Shown piece by piece: positions 7,068-15,929 of a DNA stretch of 33,827 nt. The DNA is taken from positions 1-33,827 of the forward strand of contig CAZHAM010000001.1 in the NCBI GenBank assembly GCA_964530415.1, in the 5' to 3' direction. The stretch's first letter is position 1. Each line of letters opens with the position of its first letter. The position numbers and the translations under genes were made by a program. The stretch comes from an uncultured Candidatus Saccharibacteria bacterium. Its GTDB lineage: Bacteria; Patescibacteriota; WWE3; UBA101185; UBA10185. Under the pieces are notes generated by a model. That model worked only from the letters and a program-made list of their open reading frames with translations. It searched no databases and was not told where the DNA came from.

Positions 7068-8324
7068 TTATCCCAAAAAACTTTCATAACTTCGCGACAC
7101 AGTTAAAGCTTGAATCTGTCTAATTGTCTCTAATACTACCGAAACTACAATTAATAAGCCAGTCCCCCCGATTGTAAGATTTGAAATTCCCATTAACGAC
7201 TGTACTATATAAGGTAAAATTGCAACCAGACCTAAAAATAGAGCTCCCCAGGCCGTAATTCTCAACACAATTGTTCTTAAAAATCTCTCAGTTGCCATAC
7301 CGGGTCTTATCCCAGGAATAAACCCTCCTCTTTTTTTAACGTCGTCAGCAATTTTTTGTGGGTTAAATTGAATAAACGTGTATAAAAACGTAAAACCTAC
7401 AACCAAAACGAAATACAAAACGTTATACATTAAACTGTTCTCCGTAAAGTTTCGTGCCATAAAGACTCCCATATTTTGAAATACAGCATTTGAAGATTGT
7501 TGGAGAGGTGCCGAAATCAAATTGGGCAACATCACCATGGATACCGCGAAGATAATCGGTATAACCCCTGCCTGATTTACTTTTATCGGTAAAAAGTTTG
7601 TCACTTTTTGAGATTTTACTCCCCGGCGACCGTACTCTACTACAATGTTGCGCGTTCCTTCATTTACAAGTACGACTCCCACAATTACTACCAACGACAA
7701 AACTATAAAACCCAAAGTACTAAATATGCTATTCGCAGTTGATGTGGAAGCAAAACTAATTAATGCAGACGGAAGTCTACCGATAATACTTGCGAATATA
7801 ATAATGGAAGTACCGTTTCCTATGCCGTACTCGGATATTAATTCTCCGAGCCACACAAGTAATAGCGCGCCTACTGTCATTGTGATTATTAAAATAACTA
7901 AATCAAATGGCTGAAGAACTCCAATAACTCCTTGTTTATTAAGCAAAAAATAAATGCCATAAGCCTGAGCCAGTGCCATCGGAACTGTTAAAAACCTGTT
8001 GTACATATTTATCTTCTCGCGCCCGACATCTCCTTCTTTGGAAAGCTCTTCGAGAGACGGGATCATAATAGTAAACAGCTGCATAATAATAGAGACATTG
8101 ATGTAAGGGTTTAAACCTAGAGTTACAATTGAAAAATTCTGAAAAGCGCCACCACTGAATAAATCGAATAAGCCAAAAAAAACATTTCCTTGTAAATAAG
8201 CGCGAATTGCGGCTATGTCGACTCCGGGAACAGGGATATGAGCTAATAATCTAAAAAAAACTAACACCAAAAGTGTAAAGAAAATCTTTTTTCTTAATTC
8301 AGAGTTTTTAAAAATGTTTTTCAT
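7068..8324 (-). CDS. secY: preprotein translocase subunit SecY
   Basis: A multi-TM protein with SecY motifs (FSGGAFQNFSI..LGLNPYI, GELISEYGIGNG, GGFIPGIRPG). Its ATG overlaps the rplO stop codon by 1 nt (TAATG). Confidence 0.95.
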   Translation of the reverse strand: MKNIFKNSELRKKIFFTLLVLVFFRLLAHIPVPGVDIAAIRAYLQGNVFFGLFDLFSGGAFQNFSIVTLGLNPYINVSIIMQLFTIMIPSLEELSKEGDVGREKINMYNRFLTVPMALAQAYGIYFLLNKQGVIGVLQPFDLVILIITMTVGALLLVWLGELISEYGIGNGTSIIIFASIIGRLPSALISFASTSTANSIFSTLGFIVLSLVVIVGVVLVNEGTRNIVVEYGRRGVKSQKVTNFLPIKVNQAGVIPIIFAVSMVMLPNLISAPLQQSSNAVFQNMGVFMARNFTENSLMYNVLYFVLVVGFTFLYTFIQFNPQKIADDVKKRGGFIPGIRPGMATERFLRTIVLRITAWGALFLGLVAILPYIVQSLMGISNLTIGGTGLLIVVSVVLETIRQIQALTVSRSYESFLG

Positions 8325-8773
8325 TAGTTAACAAGTTCAGATCCGCTTTGCTCTATTTTTGCTCTGGCAGAATCTGAATAGAGAAATCCTTTTAGTTTAA
8401 GCTTTTTAGTAATTTCACCTTTTGCCAATATCTTAACACCAAACTTCGGAAGTCTTTTAATAATCTTTCGGTCTAAAAGTGTCTGTGGCGTTATTTCAGC
8501 CCCGGCCTTAAAAGAATTTAGCGGGAATAGATTAATCGAAATAATATCTTTTCTTCTATAACTTGTGAATCCGCCTATTTTTGGCAATCTTTTGTATAAA
8601 GGAACTTGTCCTCCCTCAAAACCGACGTTAAACTTGTGTTTACCTTGACGGGAATTCTGTCCTTTTGTACCTTTTCCAACTGTATGGCCGCCTTTACCAC
8701 TGCCGATTCCGCGTCCCACTCTTTTGCTTTGTCTTATTATTCCTTTAATTTTAGTTAATTTGTTTAATTCCAT
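8324..8773 (-). CDS. rplO: 50S ribosomal protein L15
   Basis: GRGIGSGKGGHTVGKGTKGQNSRQG motif, and operon position. Confidence 0.95.
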   Translation of the reverse strand: MELNKLTKIKGIIRQSKRVGRGIGSGKGGHTVGKGTKGQNSRQGKHKFNVGFEGGQVPLYKRLPKIGGFTSYRRKDIISINLFPLNSFKAGAEITPQTLLDRKIIKRLPKFGVKILAKGEITKKLKLKGFLYSDSARAKIEQSGSELVN

Positions 8774-8779
8774 TTTATG

Positions 8780-9235
8780 TTATCTAACTTTACTTAATGC
8801 TTTAATAGTGCATCTAACGTTTGAGATTTTGTTGTTTGAACCAAGCATCTTCGATGAGATGTCTTTAATTCCGGCCATACCGACAACTGTTCGCACCGAT
8901 CCTCCGGCAATTATTCCCGAACCTTTTGGTGCCGGTTTCAAAAATACTGTAGCCGATCCGTAAGAAGCGCTTACTTCATGCGAGATGGTCGATTCCTTAA
9001 GATTAACTCTTATCATTTCTTTTTTCGCTTTTAAAACAGCTTTTTGAACTGCCGTAGCTACGTCTAATGCTTTGCCGTATCCTGCTCCAACGCGTCCTTT
9101 TTTATCCCCAATTACAACAAGTGCGGTAAAACTTATAGAACTTCCGCCTTTACTCTTTTTGGATACTCTTTTTATCTGAATAACGTGCTCTTCAAATTCT
9201 TTTGGTTGCATCGGCCTGCCATCATTTCTTCTCAT
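8780..9235 (-). CDS. rpsE: 30S ribosomal protein S5
   Basis: VVIGDKKGRVGAGYGKA...GSGIIAGG motifs. 4-nt overlap with rplR. Confidence 0.95.
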   Translation of the reverse strand: MRRNDGRPMQPKEFEEHVIQIKRVSKKSKGGSSISFTALVVIGDKKGRVGAGYGKALDVATAVQKAVLKAKKEMIRVNLKESTISHEVSASYGSATVFLKPAPKGSGIIAGGSVRTVVGMAGIKDISSKMLGSNNKISNVRCTIKALSKVR

Positions 9236-9591
9236 ATTTCAATTCCTCCCTCTCTTAATCCATCAGCAAAACTTTTTATTCTTCCGTGGTACTTATAACC
9301 ATTTCTATCAAATGTGAGCTTTACAATTTTTTGTTCTTTTGCTTTTTCAGCTAATGCTTTTCCTGCTTCAAATGCTGCTTGGCTTTTTGTTTTACCTTTT
9401 ACTGCTTCGGCTTCTAAAGTGTTAATCGATGCTAGTGTTTTTCCTGCAACATCGTCAATTACCTGACCATACAGGTATTTGTTAGATCTAAAAACTGAGA
9501 GTCTTGGTCTTTCAACACTTCCGGAGATCTTTTTTCTAACTCTTAGTTTTCGTCTTTCAAGATTTGTTTTTCTTAATACTACTTTATACAT
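9232..9591 (-). CDS. rplR: 50S ribosomal protein L18
   Basis: RPRLSVFRSNKYLYGQVIDD...FDRNGYKYHGRIKSFADGLREGG. Confidence 0.95.
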   Translation of the reverse strand: MYKVVLRKTNLERRKLRVRKKISGSVERPRLSVFRSNKYLYGQVIDDVAGKTLASINTLEAEAVKGKTKSQAAFEAGKALAEKAKEQKIVKLTFDRNGYKYHGRIKSFADGLREGGIEI

Positions 9592-9597
9592 ATATTT

Positions 9598-10140
9598 TTA
9601 AACTTTTCCTGATTTACCAGCTTTTCTTCTAACTATCTCATCAGAATATTTTATACCTTTCCCTTTGTACGGCTCCGGTTTTCTGACTTTTCTAATTTGC
9701 GAAGCTGCTAAACCTACCAACTGTTTATCAATGCCTTTAATTACAATTTCCCTATTTTCAATAACTTCCATAGTAACACCCTCTGGAGCAGAAAATTCTA
9801 CAGGATGGGAGTACCCGACTGCAAGTGAAATCTTTGAAGGATTTACAGAATTAACTCTATATCCTACTCCAACAAGTTCTAGCTTTTTTTCGTAACCATT
9901 TGTAACACCGACAACCATTGATTTGATCAATGCGTTTGTAGTTCCCCATAAAGCGTTAGATTTTTTTGTATCCATTTTTATTTTTGATGTAACCTTACCT
10001 TCTTCTACCGATACTTCAATTTCGGGTCTTATACCGTAAGATAGTTCGCCCTTAGGCCCCTTAACATTAATGGCACTGCCGTTTAATGCTACGGTTACAT
10101 CGGCCGGTATTTGAATAGCTGTTTTCCCAATTCTTGACAT
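9598..10140 (-). CDS. rplF: 50S ribosomal protein L6
   Basis: MSRIGK..I.IP..V...GPKGEL...VGVGYR...EPYKGKGI. Confidence 0.95.
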   Translation of the reverse strand: MSRIGKTAIQIPADVTVALNGSAINVKGPKGELSYGIRPEIEVSVEEGKVTSKIKMDTKKSNALWGTTNALIKSMVVGVTNGYEKKLELVGVGYRVNSVNPSKISLAVGYSHPVEFSAPEGVTMEVIENREIVIKGIDKQLVGLAASQIRKVRKPEPYKGKGIKYSDEIVRRKAGKSGKV

Positions 10141-10141
10141 A

Positions 10142-10540
10142 TTAAAAAACCTCGCAAATTAGCTCGCCGCCCAATTTTTTCTTTCGGGCTGTTTCACCGT
10201 CAATAATTCCTCTTGATGTAGATACGATAAATAAACCGAAGCCACCTTTTGATTTACCCAACTCCTGGCTTTTTTTGTACACCCTTCGACCTGGTTTTGA
10301 CAAAATCTGCATATCGGTAAAGTTAAATGTTTTACCGTCTTTACTTAATTCCAAATTCATTTTTTTGAAGGCAAGATCTTTTGGCTTAAATACTTTTACG
10401 TCAGTTAAGAAACCTTTTTCTAAAAGTACTTTTGCAATTGATTCACATTGTTTTGTATAAACTACCTCAACAGACCTCTTTTTTGACATTGAAGCGTTTT
10501 TTATCGTACTTAACATGTTTGATACTCTATCTAATGACAT
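10142..10540 (-). CDS. rpsH: 30S ribosomal protein S8
   Basis: SNMLSTIKNA...ILSKPGRRVY...GGELICEVF. Confidence 0.95.
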   Translation of the reverse strand: MSLDRVSNMLSTIKNASMSKKRSVEVVYTKQCESIAKVLLEKGFLTDVKVFKPKDLAFKKMNLELSKDGKTFNFTDMQILSKPGRRVYKKSQELGKSKGGFGLFIVSTSRGIIDGETARKKKLGGELICEVF

Positions 10541-10552
10541 ATATTTTTAAGC

Positions 10553-10738
10553 TTACCAGCTTGCTTTCTGAATGCCGGGAAGTACTCCTTTGTGTGCGAG
10601 CTCCCTAAAGCACTTTCTACAAATTTTAAACTTTCTCATATAACCTCTTGGATTACCGCATACTTCACATCGGTTGTATTTTCTGACACTAAATCTTGGT
10701 TCTTCTTTATGTTTAATTAATAATGCTTTTTTTGCCAT
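10553..10738 (-). CDS. rpsZ: 30S ribosomal protein S14, zinc-binding type Z (61 aa)
   Basis: The short form with CEVCG...CRKC (two CxxC pairs) and a C-terminal KASW. Confidence 0.95.
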   Translation of the reverse strand: MAKKALLIKHKEEPRFSVRKYNRCEVCGNPRGYMRKFKICRKCFRELAHKGVLPGIQKASW

Positions 10739-10752
10739 ATACTTTTATATCC

Positions 10753-11301
10753 TTAGTTTTCCTCTTTTTTAAAAGGCATTCCCAAACCCTTCAACAAAGC
10801 TACATTTTTATCTTTGTCTCCGGAACTCATTACAACTGTCAACTGCAAGCTCCTAACTCCTTTTGTCTTGTTGGGATTAACTTCGGGAAATATAACATGT
10901 TCCTTTACCCCAAGTGAATAGTTTCCTCTTTCATCAAAAGCTTCGTCGTTTAAACCTCTAAAGTCCCTAACTCTTGGGAGGGCGATACTTATAAGTTTAT
11001 CTAAAAATGCCCACATTCTTTCTCCTCGTAAGGTAGCGGTATATCCGACAACTTCACCTTTTCTTATTTTAAACCCTGCTTCAGACTTTCGTGCTTTTCT
11101 CTCAGAAACTTTTTGTCCTGTGATATCACTCAACTCTTCAACAAAAGACTGCACAGACTCTTTACTTTCTCTAAATGGCCCTATACCTGCATTTACAACC
11201 ACCTTAGTAATCCTTGGAACTTCCATTACATTCTTTAAACCCAGTTCTTTTTGGATTTTTGGTTTTATCTCTTCTAAATATGATTTTTGCAGTCTGTTCA
11301 T
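10753..11301 (-). CDS. rplE: 50S ribosomal protein L5
   Basis: KVVVNAGIG...VGYTATLRGERMW.FLDKLI..ALPRVRDFRGL. Confidence 0.95.
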   Translation of the reverse strand: MNRLQKSYLEEIKPKIQKELGLKNVMEVPRITKVVVNAGIGPFRESKESVQSFVEELSDITGQKVSERKARKSEAGFKIRKGEVVGYTATLRGERMWAFLDKLISIALPRVRDFRGLNDEAFDERGNYSLGVKEHVIFPEVNPNKTKGVRSLQLTVVMSSGDKDKNVALLKGLGMPFKKEEN

Positions 11302-11311
11302 ATATTAATGT

Positions 11312-11638
11312 CTATTTCTTTGAGACGTCCTTTTCTAAAACATCGCCTGTTTTCTTTGATATTCTGTACTTTTTGCCGTCAATTATCTTGTAGCCAATTC
11401 TTACAGGTCTATTTGCTTTATCATCAAAGTACATAACATTTGAGGCATCAATTGGTTTCTCTATACTTACAATTCCGCCTTCTTTTACAGTTGCGCTAGG
11501 TTTCACATGTCTTTTTACAATATTAACCCCCTCAACTAAAACAGCGTTCCTTTCAAGAAGAACCATCAAAACTTTACCGGTTTTGCCCTTGTCTTTTCCT
11601 GTTATTATTTGTACTTTGTCGCCTTTTTTTATCTTCAT
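11312..11638 (-). CDS. rplX: 50S ribosomal protein L24
   Basis: MKIKKGDKVQIITGKDKGKTGKV (KOW motif). Confidence 0.95.
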   Translation of the reverse strand: MKIKKGDKVQIITGKDKGKTGKVLMVLLERNAVLVEGVNIVKRHVKPSATVKEGGIVSIEKPIDASNVMYFDDKANRPVRIGYKIIDGKKYRISKKTGDVLEKDVSKK

Positions 11639-11653
11639 ATAAATGACTTGGTA

Positions 11654-12028
11654 TTACCAAACTTCCTTTGCCAATGAGGCAATCTTTAAATAGCCCGCGT
11701 CTCTAATCTCTCTGGCTATAGGTCCGAATACTCTCGACCCAATTAGTGTCTTATCAGACACTTTTTCGAGTAAAACCGCTGCATTATCATCAAATCTTAT
11801 ATAACTGCCGTCTTTTCTCCTCTGCTCTTTTTTGGTCCTAACCATAACAGCTTTGTACACCGTATGATCCTTTACATTGCCCACAGAAGAGGCTCCTTTG
11901 ACTACAACAGTAACAATGTCACCTATAAAGGCAAAACGCCTTCTGGAGTGCCCTGGAATGCCTATTACCTTAAGCTTTTTGGCTCCAGAGTTGTCAGCCG
12001 GTTTTATTACAGCTCCCACAGGTACCAT
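11654..12028 (-). CDS. rplN: 50S ribosomal protein L14
   Basis: ADNSGAKK...[10 protein letters not shown]...GPIAREIR. Confidence 0.95.
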   Translation of the reverse strand: MVPVGAVIKPADNSGAKKLKVIGIPGHSRRRFAFIGDIVTVVVKGASSVGNVKDHTVYKAVMVRTKKEQRRKDGSYIRFDDNAAVLLEKVSDKTLIGSRVFGPIAREIRDAGYLKIASLAKEVW

Positions 12029-12277
12029 TTACTTAGCCTCCTTAGAAGTAATTTTCTCGATAACTATCCAGGTTACTTCTTTACTAAAAGGCTTTGTCTC
12101 CTCTATTATCACGTAATCTCCCTCGGATACATTCATTTCATTGTGCGCCTTAAACTTTCGTGTGTTTCTCATGAGTTTGCCGTAAAGTGGGTGCTTTTTA
12201 GGCATTTCTACAGCCACAACAACGGTTTTATCCATTTTGGCAGATACTATTTGTCCTTTAATTCTTCTTTTGCTCAT
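12029..12277 (-). CDS. rpsQ: 30S ribosomal protein S17
   Basis: [21 protein letters not shown]... The ATG at 12277 sits 1 nt after the rpmC stop codon. The ORF-track start at 12295 is a TTG that would overlap rpmC by 17 nt, so I consider it less likely. Confidence 0.9.
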   Translation of the reverse strand: MSKRRIKGQIVSAKMDKTVVVAVEMPKKHPLYGKLMRNTRKFKAHNEMNVSEGDYVIIEETKPFSKEVTWIVIEKITSKEAK

Positions 12278-12278
12278 A

Positions 12279-12482
12279 TTATCTTTGCGCTCCAACTAAT
12301 TGTTTTTCTTTAATAATTGTCTTAATTCGTGCAATTTCCTTTTTAATAAACCATGCTTTTTTAACATTTTTCTCTTTTTTTTGCAAAGCTTCTTCGTTCA
12401 CTTTGTTTAAATCTTTCATAACCTTCTTAAGGGTTTCGTTTAGCTCGTCAATATTTTTTTGTCTTATTTCAGTTATCTTCAT
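12279..12482 (-). CDS. rpmC: 50S ribosomal protein L29
   Basis: A 67-aa helical protein between rplP and rpsQ ([16 protein letters not shown]...). Confidence 0.9.
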   Translation of the reverse strand: MKITEIRQKNIDELNETLKKVMKDLNKVNEEALQKKEKNVKKAWFIKKEIARIKTIIKEKQLVGAQR

Positions 12483-12483
12483 A

Positions 12484-12891
12484 TTATTCTTTCGTAATAA
12501 ACTTTGTCTTTAAAGGCAACTTTGCAGACGCTCTTTCAAATGCGTCTCTTGCCAATTCCTGTGTGACACCGCCTAACTCAAAAAGGATTCTGCCCGGCTT
12601 AATAACTGCCGAATAGTGGTCGGTCGGTGATTTTCCGCTTCCCATTCTCGTTTCGTTTGGCTTTTTTGAAATTGCTTTGTCGGGAAATATCCTGATCCAA
12701 AGCTTTCCTCCTCTTTTTGTTTTATGTGCAATTGCTTTACGCGCGGCTTCAATTTGTCTTGATGTCAACATTCCCCTGTCTACAGCCTTCAAAGCGAATT
12801 CTCCAAATGCAACGCTTGAGCCTCGGACTGCGATTCCTCTGTTTGTTCCTCTTTGTTGTTTTCTAAATTTGACTCTTTTTGGCAATAACAT
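12484..12891 (-). CDS. rplP: 50S ribosomal protein L16
   Basis: [15 protein letters not shown]...[10 protein letters not shown]...[10 protein letters not shown]...RMGSGK. Confidence 0.95.
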   Translation of the reverse strand: MLLPKRVKFRKQQRGTNRGIAVRGSSVAFGEFALKAVDRGMLTSRQIEAARKAIAHKTKRGGKLWIRIFPDKAISKKPNETRMGSGKSPTDHYSAVIKPGRILFELGGVTQELARDAFERASAKLPLKTKFITKE

Positions 12892-12903
12892 TTTTAATTC
12901 CTT

Positions 12904-13536
12904 TTATAAATCGAGCTCGCCTTTGTAAATCCATACTTTTATGCCGATTGTTCCGTAAAGCATTTGACAATGTATCTGCGCATAATCAATATTAGCTCTT
13001 AAAGTCTGCATCGGAACGGAGCCCAAACTGTATGATTCTGATCTTGAAATAGTGTTGCTTCCACTTAAAACTCCCGAAAGTCTCACTTTTATTCCTTTTG
13101 CTCCTTTGTCTATCGCCGAATTCAGTGCAAACATAGTAACTCTTCTATATGGAACACGTCTTTTTAACTGTCTTGCGATGTAATCCCCGACCAGCTGAGC
13201 CTCAATCTCAGGTGTTTTAATTTCTTCAGCAGTAATCTTAATTTTAGATTTGGTTATCTTTTTAAGCTCTTTTTCTAATGTTTCTACTCCAGAACCGCCT
13301 TTTCCGATGACAATACCCGGTTTTGAAACCTTGATCAAAATATCAATTTCATTTTCGGTTCTTTCGATTTCAATTACTTTAAGTCCTGCGGTCGATAGTT
13401 TACTTTCAAGTAAGCTCCTGATTTTTATATCTTCTAGCGCAAAATCAGCGTATTGCCTTTTGTCAGCGTACCATCTTGAGATCCAATCTTTAGATATTCC
13501 GAGTCTAAAACCCGTTGGATTTATTTTTTGTCCCAT
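12904..13536 (-). CDS. rpsC: 30S ribosomal protein S3
   Basis: MGQKINPTGFRLG, the KH motif GIVIGKGGSG, and RLSGVL. Confidence 0.95.
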   Translation of the reverse strand: MGQKINPTGFRLGISKDWISRWYADKRQYADFALEDIKIRSLLESKLSTAGLKVIEIERTENEIDILIKVSKPGIVIGKGGSGVETLEKELKKITKSKIKITAEEIKTPEIEAQLVGDYIARQLKRRVPYRRVTMFALNSAIDKGAKGIKVRLSGVLSGSNTISRSESYSLGSVPMQTLRANIDYAQIHCQMLYGTIGIKVWIYKGELDL

Positions 13537-13537
13537 A

Positions 13538-13885
13538 TTACTTTTTAACCTCCGATAAACCTACATATATATGGCTTTTTCTTGTGACTTTTAAGCTGTA
13601 TCTTCCTCTGGCACCAAAGTTAGGTCTTCGAGCGGGTTTTGCTTGACCGGTCCACAGATCCGATACATACATATTGTCCGGATTTAGACCATGATTATTT
13701 TTGGCATTTGCCTCGGCCGATTTTAACACTTTCAAGAGCATCTTTGCAGCCTTTGTTTTATCAAATGTAAGTATAATCTTGGCTTTTTCCAAATTCGCAC
13801 CTCTGATCAAATTCATAACCACTCCAAGTTTTTTTGGAGATACGTCTGCATTTTGATGTGTTGCAAATGACTGCGGTTTAACCAT
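13538..13885 (-). CDS. rplV: 50S ribosomal protein L22
   Basis: SPKKLGVVMNLIRG...A..IL.F...KAAKMLLKVLKSAEANA. Confidence 0.95.
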   Translation of the reverse strand: MVKPQSFATHQNADVSPKKLGVVMNLIRGANLEKAKIILTFDKTKAAKMLLKVLKSAEANAKNNHGLNPDNMYVSDLWTGQAKPARRPNFGARGRYSLKVTRKSHIYVGLSEVKK

Positions 13886-13887
13886 TT

Positions 13888-14160
13888 TTATTCAATACCT
13901 TTCTTAGATGAGTGCGCCCTAAATGTTCTTGTAGGCGAAAACTCACCGAGTTTATGACCAACCATAGCCTCCGATATAAATACAGGGATATGCTTTCTAC
14001 CGTTGTGAACTTCAAAAGTCATTCCTACCATTTCCGGCACAATTGTCGAACGTCTCGCCCAGGTTTTAATAGGCTTTCTGTCGCCTTTTTCCTTAGCGGT
14101 GCTTATCTTTTCCATAAGCTTTTCGTCTGTATATATTCCTTTTTTTATTGATCTAGACAT
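13888..14160 (-). CDS. rpsS: 30S ribosomal protein S19
   Basis: MSRSIKKG...[27 protein letters not shown]. Confidence 0.95.
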   Translation of the reverse strand: MSRSIKKGIYTDEKLMEKISTAKEKGDRKPIKTWARRSTIVPEMVGMTFEVHNGRKHIPVFISEAMVGHKLGEFSPTRTFRAHSSKKGIE

Positions 14161-14181
14161 ATATTTTAAAAGTATAAATTT

Positions 14182-15009
14182 CTACTTCTTTTTACTCCTT
14201 CTTGTAACAATAGTATAGTCAGTTTGTTTTCTCTTTCTAGTTTTAACACCGCGTGTTTTCCATCCCCAAGGTGATTTTGGTGAAGGCATACCGATACCTG
14301 TGCTTTTGTATGATCCTGCGTGTGGGTGCTTTCCCGGATCCGGCATTGCAACACCTCTTACTGTCGGTCTCCAACCCATATGTCTCTTTCTACCTGCTTT
14401 TCCAAGTTGGGAGTTTCTTAAATCCATGTTTGTTAAAACTCCGATTGTTGCTTTGCACGAAGATACGATTTTTTTAACTTCTCCGCTTGGAAGTTTTACG
14501 TTTACAAAGTTGCCGTCTTTAGCAATTATTTGCGCGCTGTTACCTGCTCCTCTTGCAATTACACCGCCGCCTCCTGGGTTGATTTCAATATTGTGAATAT
14601 CCATTGCAAGCGGAATCTTATCCATTGGTAAACTGTTTCCTACTGTTAAGGGTGCTGTATCGGATGATTGTACTATCATGCCCTTTTTTAAGCCTTCCGG
14701 AGCCAAAATGTATCTCTTTTCTCCATCAGAATAGTGGAGAAGCGCAATGTTCGGGCCTCTATTAGGATCGTGCTCAATTGTAGCAACTTTTGCCGTAATT
14801 CCAATCTTGTTTCTCTTAAAATCAATTATTCTATAAAGTCTTTTTGCACCTCTTTGCTTATGTCTTACTGTTACTCTTCCTTTTGTTCTACCGGCAGCTC
14901 CTAGTATTGGGGAAGTTAAACTTTTTTCTGGGCGTACTGCGTCAACATCTTTTACAAGTGTTTTTCTAAATCTTATTCCTGCGCTTGTTGGCTTATACTT
15001 TTTAATCAT
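14182..15009 (-). CDS. rplB: 50S ribosomal protein L2, with a diverged C-terminal HPHGGGEG region
   Basis: TIEHDPNRGPNIALLHY, NPGGGG, RPTVRGVAM. The region that normally reads [12 protein letters not shown] reads PDPGKHPHAGSYKSTG here. I checked this by translating 14182..14400 by hand. Confidence 0.93.
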   Translation of the reverse strand: MIKKYKPTSAGIRFRKTLVKDVDAVRPEKSLTSPILGAAGRTKGRVTVRHKQRGAKRLYRIIDFKRNKIGITAKVATIEHDPNRGPNIALLHYSDGEKRYILAPEGLKKGMIVQSSDTAPLTVGNSLPMDKIPLAMDIHNIEINPGGGGVIARGAGNSAQIIAKDGNFVNVKLPSGEVKKIVSSCKATIGVLTNMDLRNSQLGKAGRKRHMGWRPTVRGVAMPDPGKHPHAGSYKSTGIGMPSPKSPWGWKTRGVKTRKRKQTDYTIVTRRSKKK

Positions 15010-15015
15010 TTTCTT

Positions 15016-15306
15016 TTATTCAATTGGGAAAAGGTCTAACTTTTGCCCTTTTTTTAACTTTACTACCATCTTTTTCCAACTCGGTGTCTTTTTATATTTT
15101 CTTGTTTTTAAAATTCTTCTAACTTTACCCGGTAAAATCATCGTTTTTGCGTCAATTACATCCACATTGTACGTTTCCTTCAATTCTTTTGCGATTAAAC
15201 CTTTTGAAGCATTCATTGTTACTTTAAACGTATACCAACCATCGGCTGTCTTTGCGACTGATTTTTCGGTAACAATAGGTTTTATTATTGAATTAGCTAA
15301 TCTCAT
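15016..15306 (-). CDS. rplW: 50S ribosomal protein L23
   Basis: IIKPIVTEKS...YTFKV...A.K..I...L...Y.V.V. Confidence 0.92.
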   Translation of the reverse strand: MRLANSIIKPIVTEKSVAKTADGWYTFKVTMNASKGLIAKELKETYNVDVIDAKTMILPGKVRRILKTRKYKKTPSWKKMVVKLKKGQKLDLFPIE

Positions 15307-15307
15307 T

Positions 15308-15928
15308 TTATTTGTATTTTTCTTCCAACTTATTTACCGATCCTTTTGTGAATACCACTTTATTACTTCTCATAAGTTCGTATGCATTTAGATTGTCAAC
15401 AAAGCTTGTGTCTACATTTTTTAAATTTGCACAGCTTTTAATTAATGCGGTATCGATCGTATCTAAAACTAGAAGTGTTTTGCCTCTTATTTTTAAGTTA
15501 TTTAAAATCTCGGCAATTTCTTTGGTTTTTGGCGAATCAATTTTTATTTTATCCAAAACCAGTGCGTTTTGATCTTTAAATTTAAGCGACAATGCTGACT
15601 TAATAGCCAATTGTCTAACTTTTTTAGGTAAATCTATACTCCATGATTTAGTGCTGGGTCCGTGTGCAATACCTCCGTGTCGCCATATAGGGTTTCTCTT
15701 GTCTCCGACTCTTGCTCTACCTGTTCCTTTTTGCGCCCAAGGTTTCTTACCGCTTCCGGAAACTTCTGATCTGTCTTTTACTTTTGAATTTCCCTGCCTT
15801 TGATTTGTCAAAAAAACTCTCACATATAAGTTTAGTACGTGCTTATTGGGAATAAGTCCAAAGACTTTATCATTTAAGTCGATTTCTTCTACATTATTCC
15901 CTTTTATGTCCAAAACTTGTGTTTTCAT
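15308..15928 (-). CDS. rplD: 50S ribosomal protein L4
   Basis: KKPWAQKGTGRARVGDKRNPIWRHGG. Confidence 0.95.
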   Translation of the reverse strand: MKTQVLDIKGNNVEEIDLNDKVFGLIPNKHVLNLYVRVFLTNQRQGNSKVKDRSEVSGSGKKPWAQKGTGRARVGDKRNPIWRHGGIAHGPSTKSWSIDLPKKVRQLAIKSALSLKFKDQNALVLDKIKIDSPKTKEIAEILNNLKIRGKTLLVLDTIDTALIKSCANLKNVDTSFVDNLNAYELMRSNKVVFTKGSVNKLEEKYK

Positions 15929-15929
15929 A

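Noticed and set aside
11864-12313. A 149-aa + strand ORF and a 79-aa ORF antisense to rplN and rpsQ.
   Set aside because: They are shadow ORFs opposite highly conserved ribosomal protein genes, with implausible composition (Tyr/Phe/Ser/His runs).
14166-14354. A 62-aa minus-strand ORF in an alternative frame at the 3' end of rplB.
   Set aside because: It is entirely inside rplB. I checked whether it hid the missing HPHGGGEG motif, which would indicate a frameshift, and it does not.
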